A DNA stretch of 64,000 nucleotides from Candidatus Cloacimonadales bacterium (GTDB lineage: Bacteria > Cloacimonadota > Cloacimonadia > Cloacimonadales > JAFGVF01). A program made the position numbers and the translations under genes. The notes under the pieces were generated by a model that worked only from the letters and a program-made list of their open reading frames with translations, was not told the DNA's origin and did not search any database. The stretch spans positions 704,001 through 768,000 of the forward strand of contig CAXXJV010000001.1 in the NCBI GenBank assembly GCA_963663475.2. The letters run 5' to 3'. The first letter of the stretch is position 1. Each line of letters opens with the position of its first letter. This document shows positions 11,230-23,131 of this stretch, one piece after another.

Positions 11230-12331
11230 AATTATTATAAGTGGTGATTTTGTACCAGATGAGAAACTTTTCGGAGATAAGGATTTCTTAAAAGATTTTA
11301 ATGAAATTGTAGATGAGGAAACTATTCATATTACTAACTTAGAGTGTCCTTTATCTTCAAGTAAGGAAAAGATACTAAAAACAGGACCACATCTAAGAGC
11401 TAATACTGAATTAGTAAAATGTTTAAAGGATGCTAATGTATCTGTTGCATGTTTAGCTAATAACCATATTAAAGATTACGGCTCAATAGGAATCAAAGAA
11501 ACTGAAATAGCCTGCAATAACGTAAGTATCGAGACAATAGGTGCAAGTAACTCAGAATGTAAAGCTACTAAGCCTTTAATTCTCCTCTTAAATAGTTATA
11601 AAATAGGTGTTTTAAATTATTGTGAAGAAGAATATAATGGGATGACATACAACTCGTACGGAGCTAACATAATAAATGAAATTAATATTTATAATGATAT
11701 CAATTCTCTAAAAGGAAAGGTTGATAAAATTATTGTTATTATCCATTGGGGAAAAGAATTGTATCGATATCCTACACCAGGTCAACAAAAATTAGCTAGA
11801 TTTATTATTGATATAGGAGCTAATGCAATAATTGGACATCATTCTCATGTAAGAGGATGTTATGAAATATATAAAGATAAAACTATCATATATTCATTGG
11901 GAAACTTCTACTTTAATTTTGCAGGAAAATCAAAAGAATGGTATGAAGGCTTAATAGTACAATTAGAATTAGATAAACAAAATTTTATAGTCTCTGTCTA
12001 TCCGATGTCTAATAGGGCTCACAAAATTACAATAGGCAAAAAATGTGATATCAATGAAGAAATTGATGAAAAAGTTTTAATAAAAGTAGATGAGCATACT
12101 GTCAAGAGTAAATGGAACAATTTAATTAAGAATAGTAATTGCAGAGAAATAGAAAACATTCTTAATTATGGAAAGTTAAAGAAAGGGATATCGAGATATA
12201 TTACAAAAAGAGTGAGCAGAAAAAATTTCAAGTTTCTTTTAGTGTTAAGAAATAAATACAGATGCAGAACTCATTTCGAATATTTGAAATCAATAATAGA
12301 AGAATATTTTAATCAAAAGAAAAAGAAGTAA
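11207..12331 (+). CDS. CapA/PgsA-family metallophosphoesterase
   Basis: GD, NLECP, LANNHIKDYG, IHWG.E, GHHSH, YSLGNF; TTG 11219 is an alternative start. Confidence 0.88.
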   Translation: MVCPLKNKIIISGDFVPDEKLFGDKDFLKDFNEIVDEETIHITNLECPLSSSKEKILKTGPHLRANTELVKCLKDANVSVACLANNHIKDYGSIGIKETEIACNNVSIETIGASNSECKATKPLILLLNSYKIGVLNYCEEEYNGMTYNSYGANIINEINIYNDINSLKGKVDKIIVIIHWGKELYRYPTPGQQKLARFIIDIGANAIIGHHSHVRGCYEIYKDKTIIYSLGNFYFNFAGKSKEWYEGLIVQLELDKQNFIVSVYPMSNRAHKITIGKKCDINEEIDEKVLIKVDEHTVKSKWNNLIKNSNCREIENILNYGKLKKGISRYITKRVSRKNFKFLLVLRNKYRCRTHFEYLKSIIEEYFNQKKKK

Positions 12332-12356
12332 TACAGTCTAGTTTAGGAATATTTAC

Positions 12357-13430
12357 ATGTTAATAATTCACATAATTTCATCAATGATAAGGGGTGGTCG
12401 AGAACGCCAGCTTGCTACAATAGTAAAGTACTCTTCTTTTGAAAACAGGATTGTTTATTTTAATGAGAATGCGAGTAACTCATATATAACAGAATATGGG
12501 TTACAAAATACTATTTATAGAATTGATATTGAACCTAAAAAGAGAATAGTAAGCTTATTTAAATATTGCAGAGAAATTAAACCAGATGTCATAATTTCGT
12601 GGGGAAACTATGAAGCTATAATGTGTTTAATAGTCAGTTTTGTACTTAAAATAAAATTCATTAATGCGTCAATTAGACATGGTATCAGAGATAGAAAATT
12701 TAGTCATTATCTAAGAACTTTTGTTTTACACCTATCACCATACGTTATTGCTAATTCTTATGCTGGATTTGAAGCTAATAATCTTAGTATGAGAAATAAC
12801 AGGTATGTTTTATATAATGGAAAGGAACTTTTATACAAAGACAAAATTGATAAAACTGAAAAATTGTCACGGTTGTATGAGTTTTTTCCAAAGATAAGAG
12901 ATGATGAGATAATCTTTATCTCCGTTGCTAATTTAGTTCCATTTAAAGATTACAAAACCGTTTTTCATGCTTTAGCTAAAATAAAAGAAGAAAAGTCTTT
13001 TAGATATCTAATTATTGGTGATGGACCAATGAAAGAAGATTTAGCTAAGCTTGCTAAAGATTTGGAAATCATTGATAGAGTTTATTTTGCTGGTAGTGTT
13101 GAAAATGTTTTGTTTTATTTGCAAATGGCAGATATAATGATACACTCCTCAAAAGGTGAAGGAATTTCTAACGCTATTCTTGAAGGTATGTTTGCTGGCT
13201 TACCAATAATTGCTACCAATGTTGGTGGTATTCCTGAAACAGTTTTTGATAAAACAAGTGAGTTATTTGAATATAGAGATGTAGAAGGTTTGGTAAGGAA
13301 AATTCAGCTTGCGGATAAATTAATAAGAGATAGCTATAAAACACAAAACGAACTTGAAGAATGGTTAAGAAAATTTTCAATTGAGACTATGATATCAAAT
13401 TACGAAAAAATAATAAAAAAAGTCGTGTGA
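12357..13430 (+). CDS. GT4 glycosyltransferase
   Basis: GGRERQ, IGDGP, EGISNAILEGM..GLPIIATNVGG. Confidence 0.9.
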   Translation: MLIIHIISSMIRGGRERQLATIVKYSSFENRIVYFNENASNSYITEYGLQNTIYRIDIEPKKRIVSLFKYCREIKPDVIISWGNYEAIMCLIVSFVLKIKFINASIRHGIRDRKFSHYLRTFVLHLSPYVIANSYAGFEANNLSMRNNRYVLYNGKELLYKDKIDKTEKLSRLYEFFPKIRDDEIIFISVANLVPFKDYKTVFHALAKIKEEKSFRYLIIGDGPMKEDLAKLAKDLEIIDRVYFAGSVENVLFYLQMADIMIHSSKGEGISNAILEGMFAGLPIIATNVGGIPETVFDKTSELFEYRDVEGLVRKIQLADKLIRDSYKTQNELEEWLRKFSIETMISNYEKIIKKVV

Positions 13431-13434
13431 AGCA

Positions 13435-14763
13435 ATGAATAAATTATATAAACTAATAGACATTTTGAAAGGACAGAAGGTAACATATTACTTTAAAGAG
13501 TTCTATGATACTTTAAAGTTTACTTCAAGTCAAGTCCAAAATTACCAGCTTGAGAAATTGAAAAAATTACTAATATATTCTTATGAAAATACTGAATTTT
13601 ATAAGAAAAGGTTTGATAATAGCAATTTTAATCCATATGAGTTTAAAGATATCAATGAACTGAAAATAATCCCAGTTTTGACAAGAGAAGATATTCAACA
13701 AAACATAGATATTATGCTAAGTAGTAATATTGATAAATCTTGTTATCATGGATCGTCAAGCGGTTCTACAGGAACTCCAGTTCATTATTATCATGATAAG
13801 AATGGTTCAAGTGCTGGTAAAGCAGCATTATATATAGGTTGGAAATTGTCAGGTTGGAAGCAATCAGATAAAGGACTGCATATTTGGGGTAATCCCAGTG
13901 TTGTTAATAAAGAGTGGAAAAGAATGAGTTCAATTCTTAAAGCTAAGCTTACTAGACAACACAAATTTCCCGCCTATAAAATAACTAATAATGGACAGAT
14001 GGATATTTTATATAAGAAGGTTATTGCCAATAAGTATGATTATTTAGATGGGTATACAAATGCAATTTATCAGTTTGCAGAGTATTTAAAAGAGAGCAAA
14101 AAGAATGTACCTACTGTTAAATATGTTATCACTACTGGGGAAACACTTCATGATTATCAAAGACTAGTCATAGAAAATTATATTGGCCCAGTTTACGATA
14201 TGTATGGATGTGGTGAAATAAATGGAATTGCTAATCAATGCAAGCTGTGTGGTGAGTATCATATTATTGATCCCCATGTTATTGTTGAGTTTAGCGAAAA
14301 ACCAATTTATGGAAATAGTTTTTCATTATATGTAACAGACTTAGATAACTATATTATGCCATTGATTCGATATCAAAATGGAGATGTTGCTAAAAAAAGT
14401 AATAATAATAACTGTAAAATACCTTTCAAAACATTAGAAAGGGTAGAAGGTAGAGAATCGGATATAATTCACTTACCTGCAGGTGGAATACTGTCTGTTC
14501 CTAGTTTCTTTGGTAGTGTTTTATTAAAAGAAATTACATCGATCTCTCAATATCAGATTGTTAGAAATAAACCAGATTTGTTAACTATAAATTTAGTAAT
14601 AAGTAAAACTTTAGATGATTTCGAAAACAAAAAAATTGAAAGAAACCTAAAAGAATATTTAGGTGGCAAGATAGATTGGGAAATTAAAATAGTTGATAAA
14701 ATATTACCAGCAAAAAATGGTAAATACAAACTGTTAATAGATAATACAAGAGAAAGAAAATGA
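13435..14763 (+). CDS. Phenylacetate-CoA ligase-like (CapK-type) adenylating enzyme
   Basis: SSSGSTGTP, YGCGE, TDLDNYIMPLIRYQNGD, VEGRESD, NGKY. Confidence 0.85.
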   Translation: MNKLYKLIDILKGQKVTYYFKEFYDTLKFTSSQVQNYQLEKLKKLLIYSYENTEFYKKRFDNSNFNPYEFKDINELKIIPVLTREDIQQNIDIMLSSNIDKSCYHGSSSGSTGTPVHYYHDKNGSSAGKAALYIGWKLSGWKQSDKGLHIWGNPSVVNKEWKRMSSILKAKLTRQHKFPAYKITNNGQMDILYKKVIANKYDYLDGYTNAIYQFAEYLKESKKNVPTVKYVITTGETLHDYQRLVIENYIGPVYDMYGCGEINGIANQCKLCGEYHIIDPHVIVEFSEKPIYGNSFSLYVTDLDNYIMPLIRYQNGDVAKKSNNNNCKIPFKTLERVEGRESDIIHLPAGGILSVPSFFGSVLLKEITSISQYQIVRNKPDLLTINLVISKTLDDFENKKIERNLKEYLGGKIDWEIKIVDKILPAKNGKYKLLIDNTRERK

Positions 14764-15770
14764 GAAAACTTTATAAAACCTTAAGAAAGATAGCCAATAA
14801 TAAACAAAAGTCATTCATAACAAAACTACTATTTGATATTGGTGTTACACCTTCGGTTCTTAAACATGGTATAAAAAATACCTTTCCAAATGGAGAAAAG
14901 GGAGGTTTTATAATTTCTGCTGATTTTGAAATGGCATGGGCTTTTAGATATTCTAAGAATGATGTTGACCCCATTGAGAAAGCCATGGCTGAAAGGAAAA
15001 ATATCCCTGTAATGCTTAGGCTATTTGAAAGATATAATATTCCGATAACTTGGGCTACTGTCGGTCACTTATTTCTGACTGAATGTAAAAAAGGTGATCA
15101 TGACTGGATGGCTAGGATACCTCATTTTGATGACCATTGGAAGTTTACTGAGGGTGATTGGTTTGACCATGATCCTTATTCAAATTATAAAAAAGACCCT
15201 GCATGGTATGCTCCTGATATGGTTGATCTAATTTTAAATTCCTCAATAAAACATGAGATTGGTTGCCATACATTCAGCCACATTGATTGTTTGTATAAAA
15301 ATTGCCCAGCACAAGTTCTTGAAGATGAACTTAAAGCTTGTCAAGAATTAGCTGATAAAAATAATATTAGACTTAAATCATTAGTTTTTCCAGGAGGAAC
15401 TGCAGGAAATTACGAGGTACTTAAAAAATTAGGATATAAAATATATCGAAAAAATATAAAATATAATCTGGTTTATCCATATAGAGACAAGCATGGTTTA
15501 TTAGTTACTGCAAGTACTTCAAGTTGGGGAAGAAATGCTAACTGGACCCAAGAATATTATATCAAAAGGTACAAAAAGATAATTAATAAGGCTATCCAAA
15601 CTAATACTATTGCTCATATCTGGTTACATCCCTCGATTGATGAATGGACTCTAATCAATGTTATTCCAAAAGTCCTTGAGTATGCAGCTAAAAGGAGAGA
15701 TGAAAATAAATTATGGATAGGGACGATGGGACAAATTGCTGAATATATAAATAAAAATGAGGTTGTCTGA
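14760..15770 (+). CDS. Polysaccharide deacetylase family
   Basis: ISADFEMAW, PITWATVG, HEIGCHTFSH, HIWLHP. Confidence 0.82.
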   Translation: MRKLYKTLRKIANNKQKSFITKLLFDIGVTPSVLKHGIKNTFPNGEKGGFIISADFEMAWAFRYSKNDVDPIEKAMAERKNIPVMLRLFERYNIPITWATVGHLFLTECKKGDHDWMARIPHFDDHWKFTEGDWFDHDPYSNYKKDPAWYAPDMVDLILNSSIKHEIGCHTFSHIDCLYKNCPAQVLEDELKACQELADKNNIRLKSLVFPGGTAGNYEVLKKLGYKIYRKNIKYNLVYPYRDKHGLLVTASTSSWGRNANWTQEYYIKRYKKIINKAIQTNTIAHIWLHPSIDEWTLINVIPKVLEYAAKRRDENKLWIGTMGQIAEYINKNEVV

Positions 15771-17575
15771 TGGCAGGTATATTTGGGGTTATCTACAAAA
15801 ATAAAGACATTACTCATAAAGAAAACTTTGAAGTTTCTCTCAAGAAGATACAATATAATGAAAAGCAAGGAAAATATTATTATCAGGATGATTATATTGA
15901 AATTGGGGTAGTTACTCAGATTAACAGAAATATCAAAGCAAATTATTATTGGGATGAAGAAAATGATGTGTTACTTCTTTTGGATGGTTTGTGTTTTGTT
16001 GATAAGGCCGAAAAAGAACTCCTCAAAAGTGATAAAGGATTTAAAGGGGACTACAGTGAAATAGAATACATAAACTTATTATTAAAAAAATATAATTATA
16101 AAGAAATAGTTAATAATCTCCTTTGTGGTAACTATAATATTGTTATTTATTTTAAAAAGAAAAAAAAAACAATAATATATAATGACTACTTAGGTATGTT
16201 ACCGTTATATCTCCACGAGAACAAAGAAAATATAATATTTTCTTCGAAGTTAGATCCGCTCTTATCATATATTAAAAATCCTAGTATTGATAAGGTTTCG
16301 GTATTAGAAGCAGTTATATTTAATTACATAATATCAGATAACACCATCATAGAAAATATCCAGACTATCGAAAATGCCTCAAGTATCGAAATAATAAATG
16401 GTTCCTTAATTAAAAAGAAATACTGGGATATTAATGAATTTTTCAGAAGTGATCAATATGAGAGGAAAGAAAGTCAAAGAGTTTTTTTGGATTCTCTAAA
16501 AAAGTCTTGTTTATCAATATTTGATAAGCAGGATGAACAATTTTCATTATCATTCACAGGAGGATGGGATAGCAGAGTAATTTTATCTAATGTAATTAAG
16601 GAACATAGAGATAAATTATTATTGTATTCATTTGGCAGAAAAGATAGTTCTGATATCAAGATACCTGAAGAAATATCCCATAAAGAAAACTTGCATTATA
16701 CGCCTTATGTGTTGGATGATAAATACCTAGATAATAAATTTATTAATAATGCAATTGACACGATATCCTTGTCAAGTGGTACTCGAAATTATAAAAGAGC
16801 ACATTACTTATATTCAATAAAAGAGGTTTCTAAAAATAGTACTGTTATGATATCTGGAATTTACGGAGATCAAGTATATAAAGTTGGAAAACCAAAAGCA
16901 AATCAAGTAATTTCTCAGAGTGCTTTGGAATTAATACAAAAGAGATTTAATGCTAAAGACAGTGAATATTTCATGGTTTTACTGAAAGAGAATGCACATA
17001 AATTGGGCTATAAGGAGAATATAATTGAAAGTATGCTTTCCAGATTAAGCAATATAAGTTATCAATATAAGGATTGTAAAAATGCTGAAGAAATATATGC
17101 AAAATTTAGATTTGAATGTAATTTACGGAAATATTTTGGTGCAGAAGTTAATAGTTATAATGATTTTATTCTGGTATATTCTCCATTTATAGAAAGACCT
17201 TTTCTCAAGGAGTATTTTAAAACGACATATTCTGTTGAGAAAACAAAATTCAATAAAGCATCTCTTTTTGCTAAAGATAAGACAAATTTACTCTACTATA
17301 AGACGGTGCAATCTAATTATCCAAACCTAGCATTATATAACAGTGCTAGGAATTATAGTATGAGGGATAGTACAACAAAATTAGGAAAAATTAAAATACT
17401 TGCTTATCATTTTATTGGAGATAAAGAAAAGAACTCCTTTAATACAGATAAAACTCAAGAAATATTTATTAGACATATTTTCAAAGATGGATTTGTAAAC
17501 AAAAAAAGGATATATAATGCAAATTATCTAAGCATTGTTGCTTTTTGTTTATTGAATGATATTAAATTTATTTAA
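15770..17575 (+). CDS. Asparagine synthase-like (AsnB) amidotransferase homolog
   Basis: MAGIFG Ntn-like start, NDYLGMLPLY, FSSKL, LSFTGGWDSR PP-loop, SGIYGD. Confidence 0.75.
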   Translation: MAGIFGVIYKNKDITHKENFEVSLKKIQYNEKQGKYYYQDDYIEIGVVTQINRNIKANYYWDEENDVLLLLDGLCFVDKAEKELLKSDKGFKGDYSEIEYINLLLKKYNYKEIVNNLLCGNYNIVIYFKKKKKTIIYNDYLGMLPLYLHENKENIIFSSKLDPLLSYIKNPSIDKVSVLEAVIFNYIISDNTIIENIQTIENASSIEIINGSLIKKKYWDINEFFRSDQYERKESQRVFLDSLKKSCLSIFDKQDEQFSLSFTGGWDSRVILSNVIKEHRDKLLLYSFGRKDSSDIKIPEEISHKENLHYTPYVLDDKYLDNKFINNAIDTISLSSGTRNYKRAHYLYSIKEVSKNSTVMISGIYGDQVYKVGKPKANQVISQSALELIQKRFNAKDSEYFMVLLKENAHKLGYKENIIESMLSRLSNISYQYKDCKNAEEIYAKFRFECNLRKYFGAEVNSYNDFILVYSPFIERPFLKEYFKTTYSVEKTKFNKASLFAKDKTNLLYYKTVQSNYPNLALYNSARNYSMRDSTTKLGKIKILAYHFIGDKEKNSFNTDKTQEIFIRHIFKDGFVNKKRIYNANYLSIVAFCLLNDIKFI

Positions 17576-17590
17576 AAAGGGGTTAAACAA

Positions 17591-18550
17591 ATGAAAGTAC
17601 TTTTTGTAGCCTCGGGAAATGCAAATACACCTAATAGAATAACATCGATTGTCTACAATCAGGGTAAATCTCTTGAAAAAGAAGGGATTGAGGTTGATTA
17701 CTTTGGGATTAAAGGACACGGAATAACTAGTTATTTCAGAGCTATAAAAGAAATAAAAGATGTTCTAAAAAAAAAAAAATATGATGTTATTCATTCTCAC
17801 TATGGACTTTGTGGCATTGTTTCTTATTATGCTCATAGAAAGGAAAAATTAGTACAATCCTTTATGGGTAGTGATATTTACGGAAATTTTCAAGAAAAGG
17901 ATAAATCATCATTTTCAAGTGAATTTTTAGCTTGGTTAAGTCGTATTCATAAAGGAAAATATGATTATTGCATAACCAAGTCGGAGAAAATGAAAAATCT
18001 TTTCAAAAATAGAGATAGAATTGAAGTGATACCTAATGGTGTTGATTTAAGCAATTTTTATCACATAGAAAAAGAGGTTGCAAGAAAAGAATTGAAATTA
18101 GATTTAAATAAGAAATATGTGATTTTTCCAGCAAGAAGATCAATTAAAAGAAAAAATATTACTTTAGTTGAAAAAGCTGTGGCTGCACTAAATGACTCTT
18201 ATGTAGAGATTTTAGCATATGATGGAATTTCGTTTGATTTAGTTAATCTCTATTTAAACGCTGGAGATGTTTGTATGTTACCTTCCTTTGCAGAAGGTTC
18301 TCCTAATGCGATAAAAGAGGCAATGGCTTTATCAATTCCTATAGTTGCTTCTGATGTAGGAGATGTTAGAGAACTGATTGGCAGCACGGAAGGATGCTAT
18401 ATATGTGACTTTACAGTTAAAGATGCTTCAGAAAAGTTAAAATTTGCTTTAGAATTTGGAACAAAAACAACAGGTAGAAAAGATATTAATCACTTAGATT
18501 CTAGAAAAGTAGCAAAAAAAATAATAGATATTTATAATAAAATAATTTAG
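17591..18550 (+). CDS. GT4 glycosyltransferase
   Basis: [34 protein letters not shown]. Confidence 0.9.
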   Translation: MKVLFVASGNANTPNRITSIVYNQGKSLEKEGIEVDYFGIKGHGITSYFRAIKEIKDVLKKKKYDVIHSHYGLCGIVSYYAHRKEKLVQSFMGSDIYGNFQEKDKSSFSSEFLAWLSRIHKGKYDYCITKSEKMKNLFKNRDRIEVIPNGVDLSNFYHIEKEVARKELKLDLNKKYVIFPARRSIKRKNITLVEKAVAALNDSYVEILAYDGISFDLVNLYLNAGDVCMLPSFAEGSPNAIKEAMALSIPIVASDVGDVRELIGSTEGCYICDFTVKDASEKLKFALEFGTKTTGRKDINHLDSRKVAKKIIDIYNKII

Positions 18551-18563
18551 CAAAGGATTAGCT

Positions 18564-19883
18564 ATGAAATTGACAGTAATTGGGACTGGTTATGTTGGTT
18601 TAGTAACTGGAACGTGTTTCGCCGAAATGGGGAATAATGTAATTTGTGTTGATAATGATAAAAGTAAAATCGATCTTTTAAACAAGGGTGGTATTCCTAT
18701 TTGGGAGCCTGGTTTAGAAGATATGGTGAAAAATAATTCAAAAGAAGGAAGACTTACCTTTACTACTGATATAGCAAAAGCAGTAAAAAATTCTGATATC
18801 TGTTTCATTGCAGTTGGTACACCACCTGATGAAGATGGTTCTGCAGACCTTCAATATGTTTTATCAGTAGCTAAGGATATAGCTACTCATATGGAAAGCC
18901 ATAAAATTATTGTTGATAAATCAACCGTTCCTATAGGAACAGCAGACAAAGTAAGAGCAGCAGTTCAAAATATTTTAGATGAAAGAGGACTTGATTTAAC
19001 CTTTGATGTTGTTTCTAATCCTGAGTTTTTAAAAGAAGGTGATGCTATTTCTGACAGTATGAAACCTGACAGGGTTGTTGTAGGTACTGATAATCCAAAA
19101 TGTGCTGAGATTATGCATGAATTATATCAACCATTTGCTCGTACTAGAGAAAAGGTTATTATAATGTCTATCAAGAGTGCAGAAATGACTAAGTATGCAG
19201 CAAACTGTATGCTTGCAACTAAAATTTCATTTATGAATGATATAGCCAGACTTTGTGAGTTAGTTGGTGCTGATGTATCAGAAGTAAGACATGGTATAGG
19301 ATCTGATTCTCGTATTGGTTATCAGTTTATTTATCCAGGAGCAGGTTATGGAGGATCTTGTTTCCCTAAAGATGTCAAAGCATTAATTAAGATTGCTGAG
19401 AAAGAAGGTATGACAGCTAGAGTTCTTACAGCCGTAGAAGATGTTAATGAAGATCAAAAAAGAGTTTTAGCAGAAAAAACAATGCAACACTTTGGCAAAG
19501 ACCTTACAGGTAAAACATTTGCAATATGGGGCCTATCTTTCAAACCTAAAACTGATGATATGCGAGAAGCTCCTTCCAGAGTTATAATTAAAATGCTTAT
19601 TGATGCAGGTGCTAAAGTTGTTGCTTATGATCCTGTAGCTATGGAAGAAGCTAAGAGAATCTTTGGTGATAATCCTGCAATTACTTATGCAGAAGGTAAT
19701 TATGAAGCTCTTAAGGATGCAGATGCTCTGCTTTTAGTAACTGAATGGAATCAATTTAGAAATCCTGATTTCCAATCTATCAAAGAAAGATTAAAAAATC
19801 CAATTATATTTGATGGTAGAAATCAATATGACCCAAATGAACTAGAAAAACTTGGTTTTGAATATTATAGTATTGGAAGATAA
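18564..19883 (+). CDS. ugd: UDP-glucose 6-dehydrogenase
   Basis: [42 protein letters not shown]. Confidence 0.95.
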   Translation: MKLTVIGTGYVGLVTGTCFAEMGNNVICVDNDKSKIDLLNKGGIPIWEPGLEDMVKNNSKEGRLTFTTDIAKAVKNSDICFIAVGTPPDEDGSADLQYVLSVAKDIATHMESHKIIVDKSTVPIGTADKVRAAVQNILDERGLDLTFDVVSNPEFLKEGDAISDSMKPDRVVVGTDNPKCAEIMHELYQPFARTREKVIIMSIKSAEMTKYAANCMLATKISFMNDIARLCELVGADVSEVRHGIGSDSRIGYQFIYPGAGYGGSCFPKDVKALIKIAEKEGMTARVLTAVEDVNEDQKRVLAEKTMQHFGKDLTGKTFAIWGLSFKPKTDDMREAPSRVIIKMLIDAGAKVVAYDPVAMEEAKRIFGDNPAITYAEGNYEALKDADALLLVTEWNQFRNPDFQSIKERLKNPIIFDGRNQYDPNELEKLGFEYYSIGR

Positions 19884-19894
19884 GGCAAGAAATA

Positions 19895-20860
19895 ATGAAT
19901 ATCTTAATAACAGGAGTTGCTGGATTTATTGGTTCACATCTAGCTGATTCTCTTATAAAATCTAATAAGATTATTGGTGTAGATAATTTTTGTGATTTTT
20001 ATGACCCCAAAATCAAAGAGACTAATTTAAAAAAATTATTAAAAAGCGATAATTTTAAATTATATAGAATTGATATTAGAGATTTCCAGCTGCTAAAAAA
20101 AGTTTTTAGTGAAAATAAGATTGATATAGTTATTCATTTAGCAGCAATGGCAGGGGTTAGACCTTCTATTGAAAATCCTCAATTATATACAGAAGTTAAT
20201 ATAAATGGAACGGTTAATATTTTAGAATTATGCAAAATAAACAAAATTAATAAATTAATCTTTGCCTCGTCTTCAAGTGTATATGGAAATAACAAGAAGG
20301 TTCCATTCTCAGAAGAGGATTCAGTTGATAACCCAATATCTCCATACGCTACAACTAAAAAGGCTGGTGAATTATTATGTCATACTTATTATAGCTTATA
20401 TAATATTTCAGTAGCCTGCTTAAGATTTTTCACAGTCTATGGTCCAAGACAGAGACCAGATTTAGCAATACATAAATTTACTAAAATGATATATGCTAAT
20501 GAGGAAATACCCGTATTTGGTGATGGATCTACAATGCGAGATTATACTTATATATCTGATATTGTGGACGGTATTAATAGAAGTGTTGCTTATATAATGA
20601 AGAAAACAAATGTATTTGAAATCTTTAATTTAGGAGAATCTCAGACAATCAGTTTATCTCGAATGATAAGCACAATCGAGGATGTTTCAGGGATTAAAGC
20701 AATTAAGAACATTTTACCTGTCCAACCAGGTGATGTGGAAAGAACATTTGCTGATATTACTAAAAGTAAATCTATATTAGGATATGACCCACAAACAGAC
20801 TTTAATACTGGTATTAATCAATTTTATGACTGGTTTATGAATCAAGAAGATAAGAGCTAA
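19895..20860 (+). CDS. NAD-dependent epimerase (UDP-glucuronate 4-epimerase-like)
   Basis: GVAGFIG, LAAMAGVRPS, ASSSSVYG, YATTK, FFTVYGPRQRPDLA. Confidence 0.9.
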   Translation: MNILITGVAGFIGSHLADSLIKSNKIIGVDNFCDFYDPKIKETNLKKLLKSDNFKLYRIDIRDFQLLKKVFSENKIDIVIHLAAMAGVRPSIENPQLYTEVNINGTVNILELCKINKINKLIFASSSSVYGNNKKVPFSEEDSVDNPISPYATTKKAGELLCHTYYSLYNISVACLRFFTVYGPRQRPDLAIHKFTKMIYANEEIPVFGDGSTMRDYTYISDIVDGINRSVAYIMKKTNVFEIFNLGESQTISLSRMISTIEDVSGIKAIKNILPVQPGDVERTFADITKSKSILGYDPQTDFNTGINQFYDWFMNQEDKS

Positions 20861-20863
20861 ATT

Positions 20864-22024
20864 ATGAGTTTGAAAATTGGAGCTATAATTATTGAAGGCC
20901 ATGTTCAAGGACTGGCAAACACTAGATCTTTAGGATCAAAAGGAATACCAGTTTATGTTATTGATACTGGAAACTGTGTAGCTAGATATTCAAAATACTG
21001 CAAAAAGTTCTTTAAATGTCCAGAGTACAATTCGGATGGGTTAGCTAAGTTTTTAATCGATTTAGCTAAATCAGAAAACATCAAGGATTGGGTGCTTATT
21101 CCATCAAATGATCATGCAGTTTATACTATTGCTAAACATAAAGAAAAGTTAGAACAGTATTATAAAGTGATAACTGAAGATTTTGAAACTGTTAAAAAGA
21201 TATATGACAAATCGAAACTGATTAAAATTGCTGATTCCTTAGGTGTACCTATTCCTAAGACTTGTACTTTTAATAATATAAAACCTTCTGAAATTAGTTT
21301 TCAGTTTCCGATTTTGACAAGAGGTAAAGAAGGGAAATCTTTTTATCATGCAACTGGGAAAAAAGCTTTTAAAGCTAGTAATAATGAAGAATTATATGAG
21401 CAATTAGATTTTATTGAAAAAAAAATAGGCTTACAAAGAAGTATAAGTCAAGAGTTAATACCCTATGATGGCTCGAATAAAACTATCTCATTCACTGCTT
21501 TTTGTGAAAAGGGTTATATTAAAACTTATTGGATGGGGATTAAATTAAGAGAACATCCTATAGATTTTGGAACAGCTACTTTTACTGAAAGTGTTTTTGT
21601 AGAAGATTGTTTAAGTCAATCGAGATTATTACTACACGAACTTGAATATACCGGTGTTTGTGAAGTCGAGTATTTGTGTGACCCAAGAGATGGAAAGTAT
21701 AAGCTTATTGAAATTAATCCCCGTACCTGGTTATGGGTTGGGCAAGCTATCGCTAATTGTATTGACTATCCTATGATGATTTATAATTACGTTAATGGAA
21801 TCAAGAATGAATATCCTAACAGCTATGAAATAGGACTCAAGTGGTATAATCCTTATACAGATTTAATTTATGGGTTGATTGGTATCTGGAGTGGTGTCTT
21901 TTCTGTAAAGGATTTCTTATCAAAATATTCAGGAAGAAAAGTTAATTCTTTAACATATAAAAGAGATAATTTCCCTTTGATAATGTATGGTTTTTTATTG
22001 TTAAAAATGGTGAGGAGTAGATGA
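20864..22024 (+). CDS. ATP-grasp carboxylate-amine ligase (D-Asp ligase-like)
   Basis: RSLG..GIPV, SKY, QELIP, EVEY..DPRDGKYKLIEINPR. Confidence 0.8.
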   Translation: MSLKIGAIIIEGHVQGLANTRSLGSKGIPVYVIDTGNCVARYSKYCKKFFKCPEYNSDGLAKFLIDLAKSENIKDWVLIPSNDHAVYTIAKHKEKLEQYYKVITEDFETVKKIYDKSKLIKIADSLGVPIPKTCTFNNIKPSEISFQFPILTRGKEGKSFYHATGKKAFKASNNEELYEQLDFIEKKIGLQRSISQELIPYDGSNKTISFTAFCEKGYIKTYWMGIKLREHPIDFGTATFTESVFVEDCLSQSRLLLHELEYTGVCEVEYLCDPRDGKYKLIEINPRTWLWVGQAIANCIDYPMMIYNYVNGIKNEYPNSYEIGLKWYNPYTDLIYGLIGIWSGVFSVKDFLSKYSGRKVNSLTYKRDNFPLIMYGFLLLKMVRSR

Positions 22025-22066
22025 GAATCCTTTACCGTTAATACTTGGGTTTTGTGAGGAAAAACT

Positions 22067-23131
22067 GTGAAAAAAATAGAAAGAGTTTTAATTTCTGTTG
22101 GACACCCTGCTCAAGTTCATCAGTTCAAATATGTATATAGAGAGTTGAACAAGTTAAATATTAGAATTTTATTTGTCGCTCAAGATAAGGAAATATCATT
22201 ATACCTTCTAGATGTTTATAAGCTACCATTTGTATCTATAAGTAAACCTAGAAAGGGTTTGATAAAAAAAATTTCAAATATTCCAGGCAACTGTGTTAAG
22301 TTTTTAGGAATTTGTAAAAGTTTTAAACCAAATCTTATTTTAAGTAGAGGAGCGATATATACAACTTGGATAGCAAAACTACTGAAGATACCGCACTTGA
22401 GTTTTGCAGATACTGAACATATAAATATTGTTGATAAGATAACAGTTCCTTTTATAACTTACAAGCTAACTTCCTTATCATATAACAAAAATTTAGGAAA
22501 AAATCATTTTAAATTTTCAGGTAATATTGAACTTTTTTATATGCACCCAAATTATTTTAAACCAAGAAAACAGCCAAAAGGAAAGGGTAAAAAGATTTTA
22601 CTGAGATTTGTTGCTTGGGATGCATATCATGATGTAGGTCATCATGGCCTAACTCTAGAATTTAAGCTAAAACTGATTAATACTTTAATTAAGTATGGAG
22701 AAGTTTTAATCTCTTGTGAAACTGTTCTACCTGGGCAGTTAGAACAGTTTAGAATTACTATAAAACCAGAAGAAATGCATTCTTTGATGTATAATGTTGA
22801 TTTATTCATTGGAGAAGGGGCATCTATGGTATCAGAATGTGCCTGTATAGGAACACCAGCTATATATGTAAATCCTTTAAGTACTGGTTATATCGATGAA
22901 CTTGAAACATATAACCTTGTTTTTCAGTATCGAAATTCTGTCGGAGTTATTAGCAAAGCTATAGAACTATTAGAAATGAATAATATCAAAGAAGAGTGGC
23001 TAGATAGACTTAATGTTTTCATTAATAATTGTATTGACCCAACTGCATTAACAGTTTGGTTTGTTGAAAATTATCCTAAAAGTGTAGAAGTTCTAAAAAA
23101 AGACCCAAACTATCAAATGAGATTTAAATAA
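22067..23131 (+). CDS. DUF354 GT-B fold protein
   Basis: HPAQVH.FK, DTEH, LRFVAWDAYHD, GEGASMVSECACIGTPAI. Confidence 0.8.
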   Translation: MKKIERVLISVGHPAQVHQFKYVYRELNKLNIRILFVAQDKEISLYLLDVYKLPFVSISKPRKGLIKKISNIPGNCVKFLGICKSFKPNLILSRGAIYTTWIAKLLKIPHLSFADTEHINIVDKITVPFITYKLTSLSYNKNLGKNHFKFSGNIELFYMHPNYFKPRKQPKGKGKKILLRFVAWDAYHDVGHHGLTLEFKLKLINTLIKYGEVLISCETVLPGQLEQFRITIKPEEMHSLMYNVDLFIGEGASMVSECACIGTPAIYVNPLSTGYIDELETYNLVFQYRNSVGVISKAIELLEMNNIKEEWLDRLNVFINNCIDPTALTVWFVENYPKSVEVLKKDPNYQMRFK

